From Longimicrobiales bacterium (GTDB lineage Bacteria > Gemmatimonadota > Gemmatimonadetes > Longimicrobiales > Gaopeijiaceae): a stretch of DNA of 51,886 bases. The stretch spans positions 1-51,886 of the forward strand of contig CBDANQ010000014.1 in assembly GCA_965197725.1 (NCBI GenBank), given 5' to 3'. This document shows positions 1 to 8,825 of the stretch, one piece after another. Made by a program: the position numbers and the translations under genes. Every line of letters starts with the position of its first letter. The stretch's first letter is position 1. Below the pieces are notes generated by a model. It searched no databases and was not told where the DNA came from. It worked only from the letters and a program-made list of their open reading frames with translations.

Positions 1-907
1 ATGAGCCGTACTCGATCAACTCCCAAAGCGAGTGGATCATGTCTCCAGCGGAGGCCTCCTGCACTGTCTCGTCATCGAGTCTGAGGGACTGACGCAGGAT
101 CTCCATCGGATTGCCGTAGAACTCTTTTGGAACGATCCAGGGGCCTTGAGGCGCGAACGTGTCGTGGCCCTTGCCTACGAACCAGTCGGAACCCGACCCG
201 AAGCCTCCCGGTGGGCGGCCTCCACGGTCGGAAACATCGATCGTGACCGTGTAGCCGAACACGTAGTTCTCGGCGTCGTTCGCCGACACATACTTTGCGG
301 CACGGCCGATCACCGCTCCGAGCTCGACCTCCCAGTCGGTGCGGTCACGGCCGTGGGGGATCACGATCTCCGCACCATCCCCAATGACGGCACCCCTGCT
401 CGGCTTCAAGAACAGATAGGGCACACCGCGGTTGACACGTCGCTGTCTGCGTGCCTCTGCCTGCTGCTCGGGTGTCCCTGCCTCGTTCACGTGGCTGTAG
501 AAATTGACCGCCGCGTTGAGGATCTTGCCCGGATACAGAATGGGCGGAAGCGTTCGCACGTCGCTCAACTCATGCACATAGTCGGGCCGGTTCTGCCCCA
601 GCATGTCGTTAGCGACCAGATCGTTGACGATCTCGTACAGGCGGTACTTCAGGCCATACTCGTATCTGCCGATGAGGTCGAGCATATCGGCGGCGAGCGG
701 GACCGTCGGGTAGGCCGGATTCCGCTCGAGCGCGAGGTTCGCGGCGTCGAGTTCGACAATGAGCTGATCACGCAGCACGATGCCGACCTGCGCGCGGCCG
801 TCGATCTCGAAGGTGCCGACCTTGAAGGGCGCGGCGATGTCCTGAGCGGAGCCCGCTGCAGGGCTCGCGAGCGCCAGGACGGCGGCTAAAAGCAGGGAAC
901 GTCGCAT
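1..907 (-). CDS. Fumarylacetoacetate hydrolase (FAH) family protein with N-terminal signal peptide; 3' end runs off the window
   Basis: Manual translation (absent from ORF track): ATG at 907 after SD AAAGGAG. MRRSLLLAAVLALASPAAGSA-QD... then FAH-family motifs PYLFLKP, DWEVELGAVIG, VFGYTVTIDVSDR, DWFVGKGHDTFAPQGPWIVP, DMIHSLWELIEY. Confidence 0.88.
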   Translation of the reverse strand, partial: MRRSLLLAAVLALASPAAGSAQDIAAPFKVGTFEIDGRAQVGIVLRDQLIVELDAANLALERNPAYPTVPLAADMLDLIGRYEYGLKYRLYEIVNDLVANDMLGQNRPDYVHELSDVRTLPPILYPGKILNAAVNFYSHVNEAGTPEQQAEARRQRRVNRGVPYLFLKPSRGAVIGDGAEIVIPHGRDRTDWEVELGAVIGRAAKYVSANDAENYVFGYTVTIDVSDRGGRPPGGFGSGSDWFVGKGHDTFAPQGPWIVPKEFYGNPMEILRQSLRLDDETVQEASAGDMIHSLWELIEYGS

Positions 908-973
908 GATGCACTCCTTTGAAGGCGCAGATCCGTTCGGGACACCCAGTGTGGCGGATGGCGGCACAGACTG

Positions 974-1085
974 TCAAATGGCCTCCGGCGCTCGGCGTGC
1001 TTCGCGGCCGAGAGGCGTGGCGCGCCGGTCCGGCCCGGATCTGGCCGAGATCAGCACGGAGTCACCGAACTCGTGCGAGCGATAG
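974..1085 (-). pseudogene. C-terminal remnant of a QueA-like (SAM:tRNA ribosyltransferase-isomerase family) gene, distal to the IS256 insertion
   Basis: With the IS removed, the frame reads ...NAYRSHEFGDSVLIS...AI*, resembling the QueA-family C-terminal Y..(H/Y)(E/S)FGD..LI motif. Confidence 0.55.
1078..1085 (+). repeat. Target-site duplication of the IS256 element (second copy at 2543-2550)
   Basis: AGCGATAG lies immediately outside both TIRs. Confidence 0.9.
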
Positions 1086-1135
1086 GATGGTGTCCCGCTG
1101 ACAGTTGAAGGTGGTGGCGCCGGAGAGTCTCTTGG

Positions 1136-2425
1136 TTAGCCTGTCTTTCTCATTTCGGCAACCGGTTCATGGTCGTCGAGGTGGGCCCTGAGCATCCAGA
1201 GCTGGTCGTAGCCGATGATCCTCCGGTAGCTCTTCTCGGTTTCCACGAACGAGGCCGCAGCCCAGCGCAAGGCCATCGCTCCGTTCTTCCAGTTAGTCAC
1301 CCTGCGGGTCTTCCGTCTTACGCCCGAGTGGGTGCTGTCGATCAGGTTGGTCGAGCCCAGGCACTTCCTCAGCCGCGGTGGGAGGCCGAGCCGGTTTATG
1401 GTGAACATCTCGCTGAGGCCTTCGCGCAGGCTGGCTGCGGCCGAGGGGTGGTCGCGCTCGAGCCATCGGGCGAGCTGCTCGAGCTTCTGCTCGCCCTGCT
1501 TCGCGTCCAGCTTCATCGCCGCCCGGAACGCCGCCTTCACCTGAGGATGCTGATCCTTCGGCAGATGACCCAGCACGTTGCGGAGCTTGTGGTTGCGGCA
1601 GCGCTGGATGGGGTGACGTTGGCCGAACACCTTCTCGATCGCCTTCCTGAGCGCTTTCGAGCCATCGATCACGAACAGCCGCCGCCTGCCCGGGTCCAGG
1701 CCGCGCTCGACCAGATCCTCTAGGAGCGCGCTGGTCACCTCGGCGTTCTCACTCGCTCCTTCCCTCACGCCCAGCACGTGCTTCTTTCCGTCTGAGTCCA
1801 CGCCTACCGCAGCAAGCACGTGGTGCGAGCCCATCTGGATCCCGTCCAGGTAGATCACCAGGAGGTCCCACGCATCCAGCCGGCGCTCCATCAGCTCCTT
1901 CAGCACGCGCTCCGAGGCCTCGACCGTCTCACGGCTCACCGCCGACTTGCTCACCCCGACCGGGTCGGCCATCTCACCGATCACACGGCCGTACTTTCGC
2001 GTGCTCACCCCCGCCATCAGGACCTCGAGCATCCGATCCGCCACGGCGCCCGGTCTCCGCATCGCTGCGTACGCCGGCACCTCGACCTCGCCACCCTCCC
2101 CGGCGCCCCGGCGCCTGAGCCGTGGCCGCTCCACACGCACCTTCCGGTCCGACAGGTAAACCACACCACCCTGCCGGCCATACCACACCGTGTCGTCTTC
2201 CGCTCGTGACCGACCTGCCTGCTTCACGCCTGCCACACCCTCGGCGCTCATCTCCAGCACCGCTTCGATCGTCGCTCGTCCCATCACCTGGATGACTTCG
2301 TCGATCGCGACCTCCGTCTGCTCCACGAGCTCAAGCATCGGAAGCAGAAACTGCCCCTCCCGCTTCAGGAACTCCCTGATCGCGCGCTTGTCCGCCCGAT
2401 CCCTTACCTCGTACGTTCTCTTCAT
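1136..2425 (-). CDS. IS256-family (mutator-type) DDE transposase
   Basis: 429 aa; motifs GVSTRKY, GVSKSAVSR, IYLDG, GKKHVLG..EG.SE, FVIDGSKALRKAI, QRCRNHKLRNV, STNLIDS. Confidence 0.95.
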   Translation of the reverse strand: MKRTYEVRDRADKRAIREFLKREGQFLLPMLELVEQTEVAIDEVIQVMGRATIEAVLEMSAEGVAGVKQAGRSRAEDDTVWYGRQGGVVYLSDRKVRVERPRLRRRGAGEGGEVEVPAYAAMRRPGAVADRMLEVLMAGVSTRKYGRVIGEMADPVGVSKSAVSRETVEASERVLKELMERRLDAWDLLVIYLDGIQMGSHHVLAAVGVDSDGKKHVLGVREGASENAEVTSALLEDLVERGLDPGRRRLFVIDGSKALRKAIEKVFGQRHPIQRCRNHKLRNVLGHLPKDQHPQVKAAFRAAMKLDAKQGEQKLEQLARWLERDHPSAAASLREGLSEMFTINRLGLPPRLRKCLGSTNLIDSTHSGVRRKTRRVTNWKNGAMALRWAAASFVETEKSYRRIIGYDQLWMLRAHLDDHEPVAEMRKTG

Positions 2426-2426
2426 C

Positions 2427-2493
2427 GTGGTGGCTCCGTGTTGGGGTTTTTGCCTACCCGAGCCTATCGGCCCGGGACCCCCGGAGCCACCAC
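2427..2493 (-). promoter_or_regulatory. Hairpin in the transposase 5' UTR that sequesters the Shine-Dalgarno sequence
   Basis: Perfect 12-bp inverted repeat GTGGTGGCTCCG (2427-2438) / CGGAGCCACCAC (2482-2493). On the mRNA the 3' arm contains GGAG and ends 1 nt before the ATG. Confidence 0.6.
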
Positions 2494-2542
2494 TTTTCTT
2501 TCTCCCCTATCAGGGACCTTCAACTACGGTTGGGACAGCTTC

Positions 2543-2661
2543 AGCGATAGGCATTCCTGAGCCAGTTGCGTCCTCGGAGCTTGTTGGAGCCTACCGCCGG
2601 AGTGGACAACGAGCAGTCTCGCTTCGGGCCGGCGCTGTGCCGGCGTCGTCGCGGGTCTCAT
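2543..2661 (-). pseudogene. N-terminal remnant of the QueA-like gene (most of the gene deleted)
   Basis: ATG at 2661 overlaps the SDR-remnant stop (ATGA). MRPATTPAQRRPEARLLVVHSGGRLQQAPR resembles QueA N-termini (P..R..ARLLVV). Confidence 0.5.
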
Positions 2662-2822
2662 GCTGTGGCGACGGAGCTCTGCGCGAGCGCCTCGATGACA
2701 TCGACGATCTCCAGCGCCGCGTCAACAGGCCGCTTCAGGGTCGCAGGATCGGCGTTGGGAAGGGGGAGCGCATGCATCGGCGTGTCCATGTCGCCGGGGT
2801 CGATCGCGGACACTCGCACTCC
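2658..2822 (-). pseudogene. C-terminal remnant of a short-chain dehydrogenase/reductase
   Basis: GVRVSAIDPGDMDTPMHALPLPNADPATLKRPVDAALEIV...* matches the SDR GVRVxxxxPGxxxT segment. No N-terminal Rossmann part; joined directly to amidase sequence. Confidence 0.65.
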
Positions 2823-3350
2823 GTGGGGCGCGACGGTCCCCGGATCGAGTTTCCCGTGTCACTCCCCAGCCCCGCCACGGCGAAGCTGGCCGCGACAACC
2901 CGAGGCCGTGCCTCCGCTAGACCCCGCCGGCACGCGTTCGAGGTCATATGCGTTCGCCGTCGTGTCGTATGACGAACTGACCGTCTGCCTGGGACTGAAG
3001 GCCCACTCGGCCATGTTGGTCTTGGCGATCACGACCGCGTCGATTTCGTCAGCCCTTCCGAGGGCGTTGGCATTCACGACCGTGATCGCGTTCACGGTGG
3101 ATTCGTCGTACGCCTCGATGCGGTCCAGGTGGGTCTGCACGACCATCCGGCACGTCGTACGGCCCTCACTGATCGACTCCTGGATTCGGGCGATGGTCGA
3201 CTCGACCACGTCGATGGGTTGTGCCGTGGGGCCACAGGCCGTGGCGGCCAGCGCCAAGATGACAACGGCGCGGCCGGCGGGGCGTTCCGGGTTTGGGCTG
3301 TTCGTTCCCTCTCGATCCTTATCGTCGTCTTTCGGGCCGTTCGTGCCCAC
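2823..3350 (-). pseudogene. Amidase-signature family lipoprotein pseudogene (internal deletion, frameshift, truncation)
   Basis: Lipoprotein-like leader [34 protein letters not shown]. After a frameshift near 2900, [22 protein letters not shown]. The catalytic-Lys (xVKD) segment between ADEIDA and VVIAKTN is missing. Confidence 0.8.
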
Positions 3351-3499
3351 GATGTGCCCATCGCGCTCGGATCTGCGCTTGGGGTAGTGAAGAGCGTAGC
3401 CGCGGCGTCGGCGAGGAGGGCTCGGCGAAGACCGCGACCGGCAAGGTTCAGAGGTTGAAAGCTCCGGTAGAGCGGACGAAGAGGGGGGACGATCTCCCG

Positions 3500-5080
3500 T
3501 CAGGTTGTCTTGACCGCTCCGGCCCGCGGGCCAAGGGACAGGAGCCTACCATCGGCGTTCTCCGACTTCAGATACCGATTCGGGTCGTGTTGCAGGGCGC
3601 CCTCTGGCAGCCACGGCCACAGCGACCCGAGATCCCGTTCCACTTTGTCGCGGAAGAACGGCGGCAACACCTGGGTTTCGCCCTCGACATACCGGCGGAA
3701 CTCGCGATCGCTGTCCAGCATCTGCCGGTAGCTCGTGTAGTACTTGATTCGACCAAACCCTTCCGACGACACCGCGCGCACCACGTTCATCCAGCTCGGG
3801 ATCTGACCCCTCGATGCACGGAAGCGGCGCCCGATCATCCGCCAGGAGAAGGCGTGCTTCGACAAGCTGATCACGTGATCGTAGAACTCCGGCCACTCGT
3901 AGTTGGCTGGCTTCACGTTCATCGCGTGGTTGTTGTTCAGGAAATGGAAGGGGAACGGGAGCACGCGCCCCTCCTTCTGGTATTCGAGGTTGAGCGGGGC
4001 CGCGCGGCCAAACGCCGACAGCAGTGAAAACCCCGGGAAGGACACGGGCGACAGGTCTAGAAACAACTTCGTCAGCTCGAAGGGCTCCGGACCCTCGTCC
4101 GAGTCGAGCCCCATCACGAAGTTGGTCTGGACGTACGGGATGTACTCGCTGATGAGGTTGATGTGGTCGACGACGTGCCTGACCTTCTCCTCCCCCTGCT
4201 TCTTGCCGGTCTTCGACTTGTCGCCAAACCCGAACCACGACTCGATCCCAGGGAGAATGCCGCGGAAGCCATTCCGCTGCAGGCGTTGCAAATGGGGTTC
4301 GCTCAGCAGTGAGAGGCTGCTCTCCGCAATGAAATCGATCCCACCGTTGGGAAGGGCATCTTCGATCGCATCCATGCACTCGTCGAACCGAATGCCGAAG
4401 TTCGGGTCGTGCCATGCCACGATCGGCCGCTTGAATCTCTTCAGGAGGAAGCGGAGATCGCCCTTCATCACGTCGTAGTCGAGGGGCCGATACGGGACGG
4501 TGGAGTCGATGCAGAAGCTGCAGGTATACGGGCAGCCCAAGCTAGCCAACATCGGAACCATCTTGATAGTGGGCGCCTTGGCGAGCGTCTGCTCGATATA
4601 CTTCCAGCGTTCCCGGACGCCCGGAAGATGCCTTGGCTGTGCGTCGGCGCTGAGGCACACGCCCATCGGGCGGTGCTGATCGCAGTCCTGGAGCACGTCG
4701 CGGATGGTCTCCCGGTTCGTGAAGCCCAGGACGTAGTCGAAGTACTTCTGCGCGTCCTCCGGATAGCACCGCGCATGCGGGCCCCCGAGCACGGTCACCG
4801 CGCCACGCGACCGGCACAGCGCGCTCAAGCAGTAGGCGAGTTGCGCGGCCTGTGTGAAGGCCCCGATGAACACGAGGTCGCACTTGTCCGGGAGCTCTTC
4901 GGCGAGGTCTTCGCGACCGGTATAACACACGAAAGTGACGTCATGCCCCTCCTCCTCGCACCATCCAGCGACGACCTGTGGCATGATGCTGGCGAGGTTG
5001 GCATTCATCACTCGCGCATACAGGTGCTTGGTTGGTCGTCTTGTGACGAGATCGACGACGGCGATCCGAAGCTTGCGCAT
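3500..5080 (-). CDS. B12-binding domain radical SAM protein
   Basis: Likely start [11 protein letters not shown] (5080). Cobalamin-binding-like N-terminus (DLVFIGAFT...VTVLGGPHA); CxxxCxxC in [26 protein letters not shown]. Confidence 0.88.
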   Translation of the reverse strand: MRKLRIAVVDLVTRRPTKHLYARVMNANLASIMPQVVAGWCEEEGHDVTFVCYTGREDLAEELPDKCDLVFIGAFTQAAQLAYCLSALCRSRGAVTVLGGPHARCYPEDAQKYFDYVLGFTNRETIRDVLQDCDQHRPMGVCLSADAQPRHLPGVRERWKYIEQTLAKAPTIKMVPMLASLGCPYTCSFCIDSTVPYRPLDYDVMKGDLRFLLKRFKRPIVAWHDPNFGIRFDECMDAIEDALPNGGIDFIAESSLSLLSEPHLQRLQRNGFRGILPGIESWFGFGDKSKTGKKQGEEKVRHVVDHINLISEYIPYVQTNFVMGLDSDEGPEPFELTKLFLDLSPVSFPGFSLLSAFGRAAPLNLEYQKEGRVLPFPFHFLNNNHAMNVKPANYEWPEFYDHVISLSKHAFSWRMIGRRFRASRGQIPSWMNVVRAVSSEGFGRIKYYTSYRQMLDSDREFRRYVEGETQVLPPFFRDKVERDLGSLWPWLPEGALQHDPNRYLKSENADGRLLSLGPRAGAVKTT

Positions 5081-5126
5081 GCGGGTGCTCGCAGTTAGGT
5101 GGCGGTGAGAGAACGCGTCGCCGCTC

Positions 5127-6581
5127 TCAATTCCCGGCACCATCCGAGATTGGGCGGATCGACTTGAGGACCTCGCGGGTCAGATCCCACCGGTTGAAGC
5201 CCTGTCGGCCGTAGTCCAGTCCGCGACGCACGATCACCAGATCGTGGGAGGGGACGACGATCACATACTGACCTCGGTTCCCTGAGGTGGAGTAGGCACT
5301 TTTCGGCACGTCGTTCCGATTGTCCGGCACGAGCCACCACTGTCCACCGTACTGGTTTCCGCGCTCCGCGGTCGCCGGAGCCGGCGTGCGCACGAAGTCG
5401 ATCCATTCGTGGGAAAGAAGTCGCTCGCCGTCCCACACTCCGTCTTGCAGGTAGAGCATGCCAAAGCGCGCGAGGTCACGGGCGTTGGTGTAGACCTGGC
5501 TGCTCATGATGAAGTCGCCAAATCGGTCAACGCTCATCAGCGTGTTGCGCATGCCGATGCGGTCGAGCAGCGCCTTGCGCGGATACTTGAGGTAGGCCTG
5601 GTCGTCGCCGATCGCGCGCTTCATCGCGAGAACCCCAAGCAGTGTGTCGTAGTTCTCGTAGTCCCAGCTCGTGCCCGGCTCCCGTATCAGCGCACGGCTC
5701 ACGGCCCCGCGCACGGAGCTCGAGCCCGCCCAGTACGCCATGCCGGACCCCGTGGCGTACTCCATCCCCCGATTGTCCACAGTGTTGAGCCCACTCGACA
5801 TGTTCAACACGTGTCTCAGCGTGATCGCGTGCCTGGGATCCGCCTCGGGCGATGCCTGTAGCGGCAGCCACTCGAGGCCCAGGGGCTCGTCGAGCTCGAG
5901 GCGCCCATCGTCGGCCATCATGCCCATAAGGGTCACCGCGAGGCTCTTGGCGGTGGACCAGGTGCGCGTCCGCGTCGACATGTCGAAGCCATCCGCGTAC
6001 CGCTCATGAACGATGTCGCCGCGTTGCACCACGATCAGACTGAGCGTGACCTGTTCCGGCGACTCCCGCTCGAACGCCCAGTCGGAGGCAGCCTGTAATA
6101 CAACCGCGTCGATACTGGCTGGCAGTGACTTATTCGCCACCAGGTCCCCTTCAGGCCACGGCATCGTGGCGGGATCCCCTGAAAGCGAAGGCGTGTCGAT
6201 GATCGGGAGGTCGTCGATGTCCTCGAAGGTCTGGTCCGGTGCCAGGATCACGCACCCGATGCCTCGCCGGAAGGCCGCGCGCATGATCGGCGTGCCGCCC
6301 GATGCGCCAATTGCTACGGCCTTGCGATCCCAATCGACCTCGTAGTCACCTCCACGGGGTGTACCGACTGGCTGGCGTAGGAATCTGAGCTCTTTGTCGA
6401 ATACCTGCTCGAGCGTCCGATTCGACGTGAACAAGCCATTGCACATGAAGATCGCCTGTTGGCCGTGCTGGATCATGTCTCGTTGCACGCGCCAGTAATC
6501 GTACGACTCCTGCTGCTGGGAGTGGCTCGGCGCGGGAACCAAAACCGCAGCGGCGAAGAGGATGGTAGACAGGCGTTTCAT
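5127..6581 (-). CDS. Secreted serine hydrolase, beta-lactamase class C/AmpC-like family
   Basis: Signal peptide MKRLSTILFAAAVLVPAPSHS; SxxK (WSTAKS), ITLRHVLNMSSGL, PGTSWDYEN, ARDLARFGMLYL, YGGQWW, GNRGQ. Confidence 0.88.
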   Translation of the reverse strand: MKRLSTILFAAAVLVPAPSHSQQQESYDYWRVQRDMIQHGQQAIFMCNGLFTSNRTLEQVFDKELRFLRQPVGTPRGGDYEVDWDRKAVAIGASGGTPIMRAAFRRGIGCVILAPDQTFEDIDDLPIIDTPSLSGDPATMPWPEGDLVANKSLPASIDAVVLQAASDWAFERESPEQVTLSLIVVQRGDIVHERYADGFDMSTRTRTWSTAKSLAVTLMGMMADDGRLELDEPLGLEWLPLQASPEADPRHAITLRHVLNMSSGLNTVDNRGMEYATGSGMAYWAGSSSVRGAVSRALIREPGTSWDYENYDTLLGVLAMKRAIGDDQAYLKYPRKALLDRIGMRNTLMSVDRFGDFIMSSQVYTNARDLARFGMLYLQDGVWDGERLLSHEWIDFVRTPAPATAERGNQYGGQWWLVPDNRNDVPKSAYSTSGNRGQYVIVVPSHDLVIVRRGLDYGRQGFNRWDLTREVLKSIRPISDGAGN

Positions 6582-6763
6582 TGTGGACTTCCGGTTGGCT
6601 GTGAGGCACGACGTCGGAGCTCGATGCATGGGCCACGCTCATCATTAACAGCCCTGGCTCAAATGCGCGAGCGACCCAGGTGACGCAGGCGGATTGGGAG
6701 CGACCCAGAAGACACGATCGGCGGTGGCAGCGTGAACGCGCCCTACCTCTACGTGAGAACCCA

Positions 6764-6919
6764 CTGGGCCACGCGAACACGCGGATGATCGACGAACGGT
6801 ACGGACACCTAGTCAACGTCGCCAAACGATCAAAAACTGTCGAATACCGACTGGATCACTACACCGAAGACGTGCAGGATCAGATCGCGTCGATGGCCTC
6901 GGAAAACAGGGTCATTTGA
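6764..6919 (+). pseudogene. C-terminal fragment of a tyrosine recombinase/integrase
   Basis: LGHANTRMIDERYGHL matches box II LGH-x(9)-Y-x-H including the catalytic Tyr. No upstream integrase body; ends about 80 nt from the tRNA 3' end. Confidence 0.65.
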
Positions 6920-6952
6920 AGCAGTTCTTGTGACAGTTCGCGGACGCGAACA

Positions 6953-6982
6953 ACCCGGCGGGGCCGTAAAGCCCTACCGGGT
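6953..6982 (-). terminator. Stem-loop downstream of tRNA-Gly (terminator-like)
   Basis: Minus strand ACCCGGTAGGGC-tttacg-GCCCCGCCGGGT followed by TGTTC; weak U tract. Confidence 0.4.
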
Positions 6983-6997
6983 CTTCGTTTTCGCCAG

Positions 6998-7070
6998 AGC
7001 GGGAAACCGGACTCGAACCGGCGACCCCAACCTTGGCAAGGTTGTGCTCTACCAACTGAGCTATTCCCGC
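6998..7070 (-). tRNA. tRNA-Gly (GCC), CCA not encoded
   Basis: GCGGGAATAGCTCAGTTGGTAGAGCACAACCTTGCCAAGGTTGGGGTCGCCGGTTCGAGTCCGGTTTCCCGCT; canonical cloverleaf, anticodon GCC, T-loop GTTCGAG. Confidence 0.97.
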
Positions 7071-7085
7071 ACGTTTACGGTACCG

Positions 7086-7114
7086 AACCTAGAAGAAAAA
7101 TTTGGGGTGGTCAA
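7086..7114 (-). promoter_or_regulatory. Putative sigma70 promoter of tRNA-Gly
   Basis: TTGACC-17 nt-TAGGTT, ending 15 nt upstream of the tRNA. Confidence 0.55.
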
Positions 7115-7226
7115 TGGCTCCAACGGGGAGGGAACCAAGTTCCTCGATAGCCCGTAAACCCTTATGTTACGCGGCCAATCGGCCCGATGGGTCTCGGACT
7201 GGACCCACTCTCAATACGCGATCCGC

Positions 7227-8825
7227 ATGCAACGTACGCTGGCTTTCGCCCTCGTGATCCTGGCCCTCTCGAAGGGGGACATTGTCGCTCAGGTCTCCGA
7301 CGATACGCTGGTGCCCCAGGGTCGTCTGAGACTCCAGTTCAACCCCTCGTTCACGGCCTGGGACAGTCGGTTCGGCGAACGCATGGAGGGTGGCGCGCTC
7401 ATTTCTGGTGAAGAGGCACTGGGATCGGATCTCACCGACGAATCTGGAGCCACGCTCTTCCCCGCCGTCGCCGATCTGGAGAGCCATCTGCGGGCACTCT
7501 CGGGGAACGGCTCCTACTCCGGAGTGCTCGGCGCCACGAGTGGCCGGGTGAGCCAGGACGTGACGCGCATCGACCTCGGAGCCCACCTGGGCGTCCTCGA
7601 TTGGCTCACGGTCGGTGCCGTGGTGCCGCTGGTGAAGACACACACGTCCGTGGACGTCGCGGTGCGGCAGAACGGCGCCGGCAGCGACCTCGGCATAAAC
7701 CCGACGGTCTCGGAGGCAGCCGCGGTACTGCGCTTCCTCAACGCGCTGTCCGGCGCGCACGCGTCATCGCTGACTCATGCGGCGACGCTGTGCTCGGCGG
7801 AGCCGGCGAGCGGCGCCTGTTCCGCGGCACAGTCATTGGCGACTCGGGTCGGCGCCTTCGTCGCCTCCTCCGAGGGAGCCTACTCCGCGTCCGCCTTCTT
7901 TCCCCTGCAGGGCAGCGCGATCGCGCAGTCGCTGGCCGACGCGGCGGCTGCGCTCGACGGCGAGCTCGTCGACGCGGGGCTGGGAGGGATCGGCGCCACG
8001 ATGGCGTTCGCGACCGAGCTGATCACGCGGCAGTCGCTCGTCGACGCGCCCTCGGTGGGTGCGTTCGCCATCGACGGTTCCCCTCTGCAAGGACTCAACT
8101 CCCTGTGGGTGCTCGGAGATGTGGAGCTGTCCGCGCTCGGCCGTATTCTGGATGGAGAAGTGCGCGACTCGAGCTCGGTCACGCCGCGTGTGAGCTATTC
8201 CCTCGCCGCTGGCGTGCTCGCCCGGCTCGGCACGGGCTCCGTCGATGCGCACGACATCTTCCTCGATGTCGCGACCGGCGATGGCCAAATGGACATCGAA
8301 GCGCGCGTGCTCGCCTTCCTCGGTCTCGGTAGCCAGGTCGGCATCCACCTCGGGCTTCGCTACGGGGTGCAAGAGTCCCTGAGTCTGCTGCGGAGAGTCG
8401 CGCCAAGGGAGCTCGTGATGCCGCCAGCCAACACGCTCCGGGCGGTACGTTGGACGCCGGCCTCGTACATCGGTGTCGATCTCGAGCCGGTGTGGCGGTT
8501 GTCGCCCGAGCTCTCTGCGTCGGCGAGCTATCGGCTCTACTCGAAGGGTATCGATTCCTATGCGATCCTGAACGACGAAGGGCAAGGGAGCGCCCAGGTC
8601 GACATCACCGACCTCGAACGGGAAAGCGGCGTCACGGTCCACCGTGCGGGACTCGGGCTGCGGTACTCGACCGTCGAGCCATGGACGGCGGGCGAAGCGT
8701 CGCGACCGCTCGAGCTACACGTCCGGGTCATCTCTTCGATCGCCGGCAGCGGAGGGCACACGCCTGTGGCGACGACAGTCGAGTTCGGAATCCGACTCTT
8801 CCGGGGAATATGGGGTGGAGCTTAG
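7227..8825 (+). CDS. Hypothetical exported protein, possibly an outer-membrane beta-barrel with a helical insertion
   Basis: Signal-peptide-like MQRTLAFALVILALS; amphipathic beta-strand patterns (IDLGAHLGVLDWLTVGAVVP, LSASASYRLY, VEFGIRLF); Cys pair; no family recognised. Confidence 0.6.
   Translation: MQRTLAFALVILALSKGDIVAQVSDDTLVPQGRLRLQFNPSFTAWDSRFGERMEGGALISGEEALGSDLTDESGATLFPAVADLESHLRALSGNGSYSGVLGATSGRVSQDVTRIDLGAHLGVLDWLTVGAVVPLVKTHTSVDVAVRQNGAGSDLGINPTVSEAAAVLRFLNALSGAHASSLTHAATLCSAEPASGACSAAQSLATRVGAFVASSEGAYSASAFFPLQGSAIAQSLADAAAALDGELVDAGLGGIGATMAFATELITRQSLVDAPSVGAFAIDGSPLQGLNSLWVLGDVELSALGRILDGEVRDSSSVTPRVSYSLAAGVLARLGTGSVDAHDIFLDVATGDGQMDIEARVLAFLGLGSQVGIHLGLRYGVQESLSLLRRVAPRELVMPPANTLRAVRWTPASYIGVDLEPVWRLSPELSASASYRLYSKGIDSYAILNDEGQGSAQVDITDLERESGVTVHRAGLGLRYSTVEPWTAGEASRPLELHVRVISSIAGSGGHTPVATTVEFGIRLFRGIWGGA

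Larger units (their letters stand above)
1086..2542 (-). mobile_element. IS256-family insertion sequence, apparently complete
   Basis: Imperfect terminal inverted repeats GATGGTGTCCCGCTGACAGTTGAAGGT (1086-1112) and GAAGCTGTCCCAACCGTAGTTGAAGGT (reverse complement of 2516-2542). Flanked by direct repeat AGCGATAG at 1078-1085 and 2543-2550. Encloses one transposase ORF. Confidence 0.93.

Noticed and set aside
32..889. 285-aa plus-strand ORF in the track
   Set aside because: Antisense shadow of the minus-strand FAH gene, which has an SD, a signal peptide and family motifs.
3425..3465. [11 protein letters not shown], resembling the C-terminal motif of AMP-binding enzymes
   Set aside because: Too short to support a call; may be another remnant but could be chance.
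6669..6708. Short direct repeat GAGCGACCCAG, two copies
   Set aside because: Only two short GC-rich copies with no context supporting a function.
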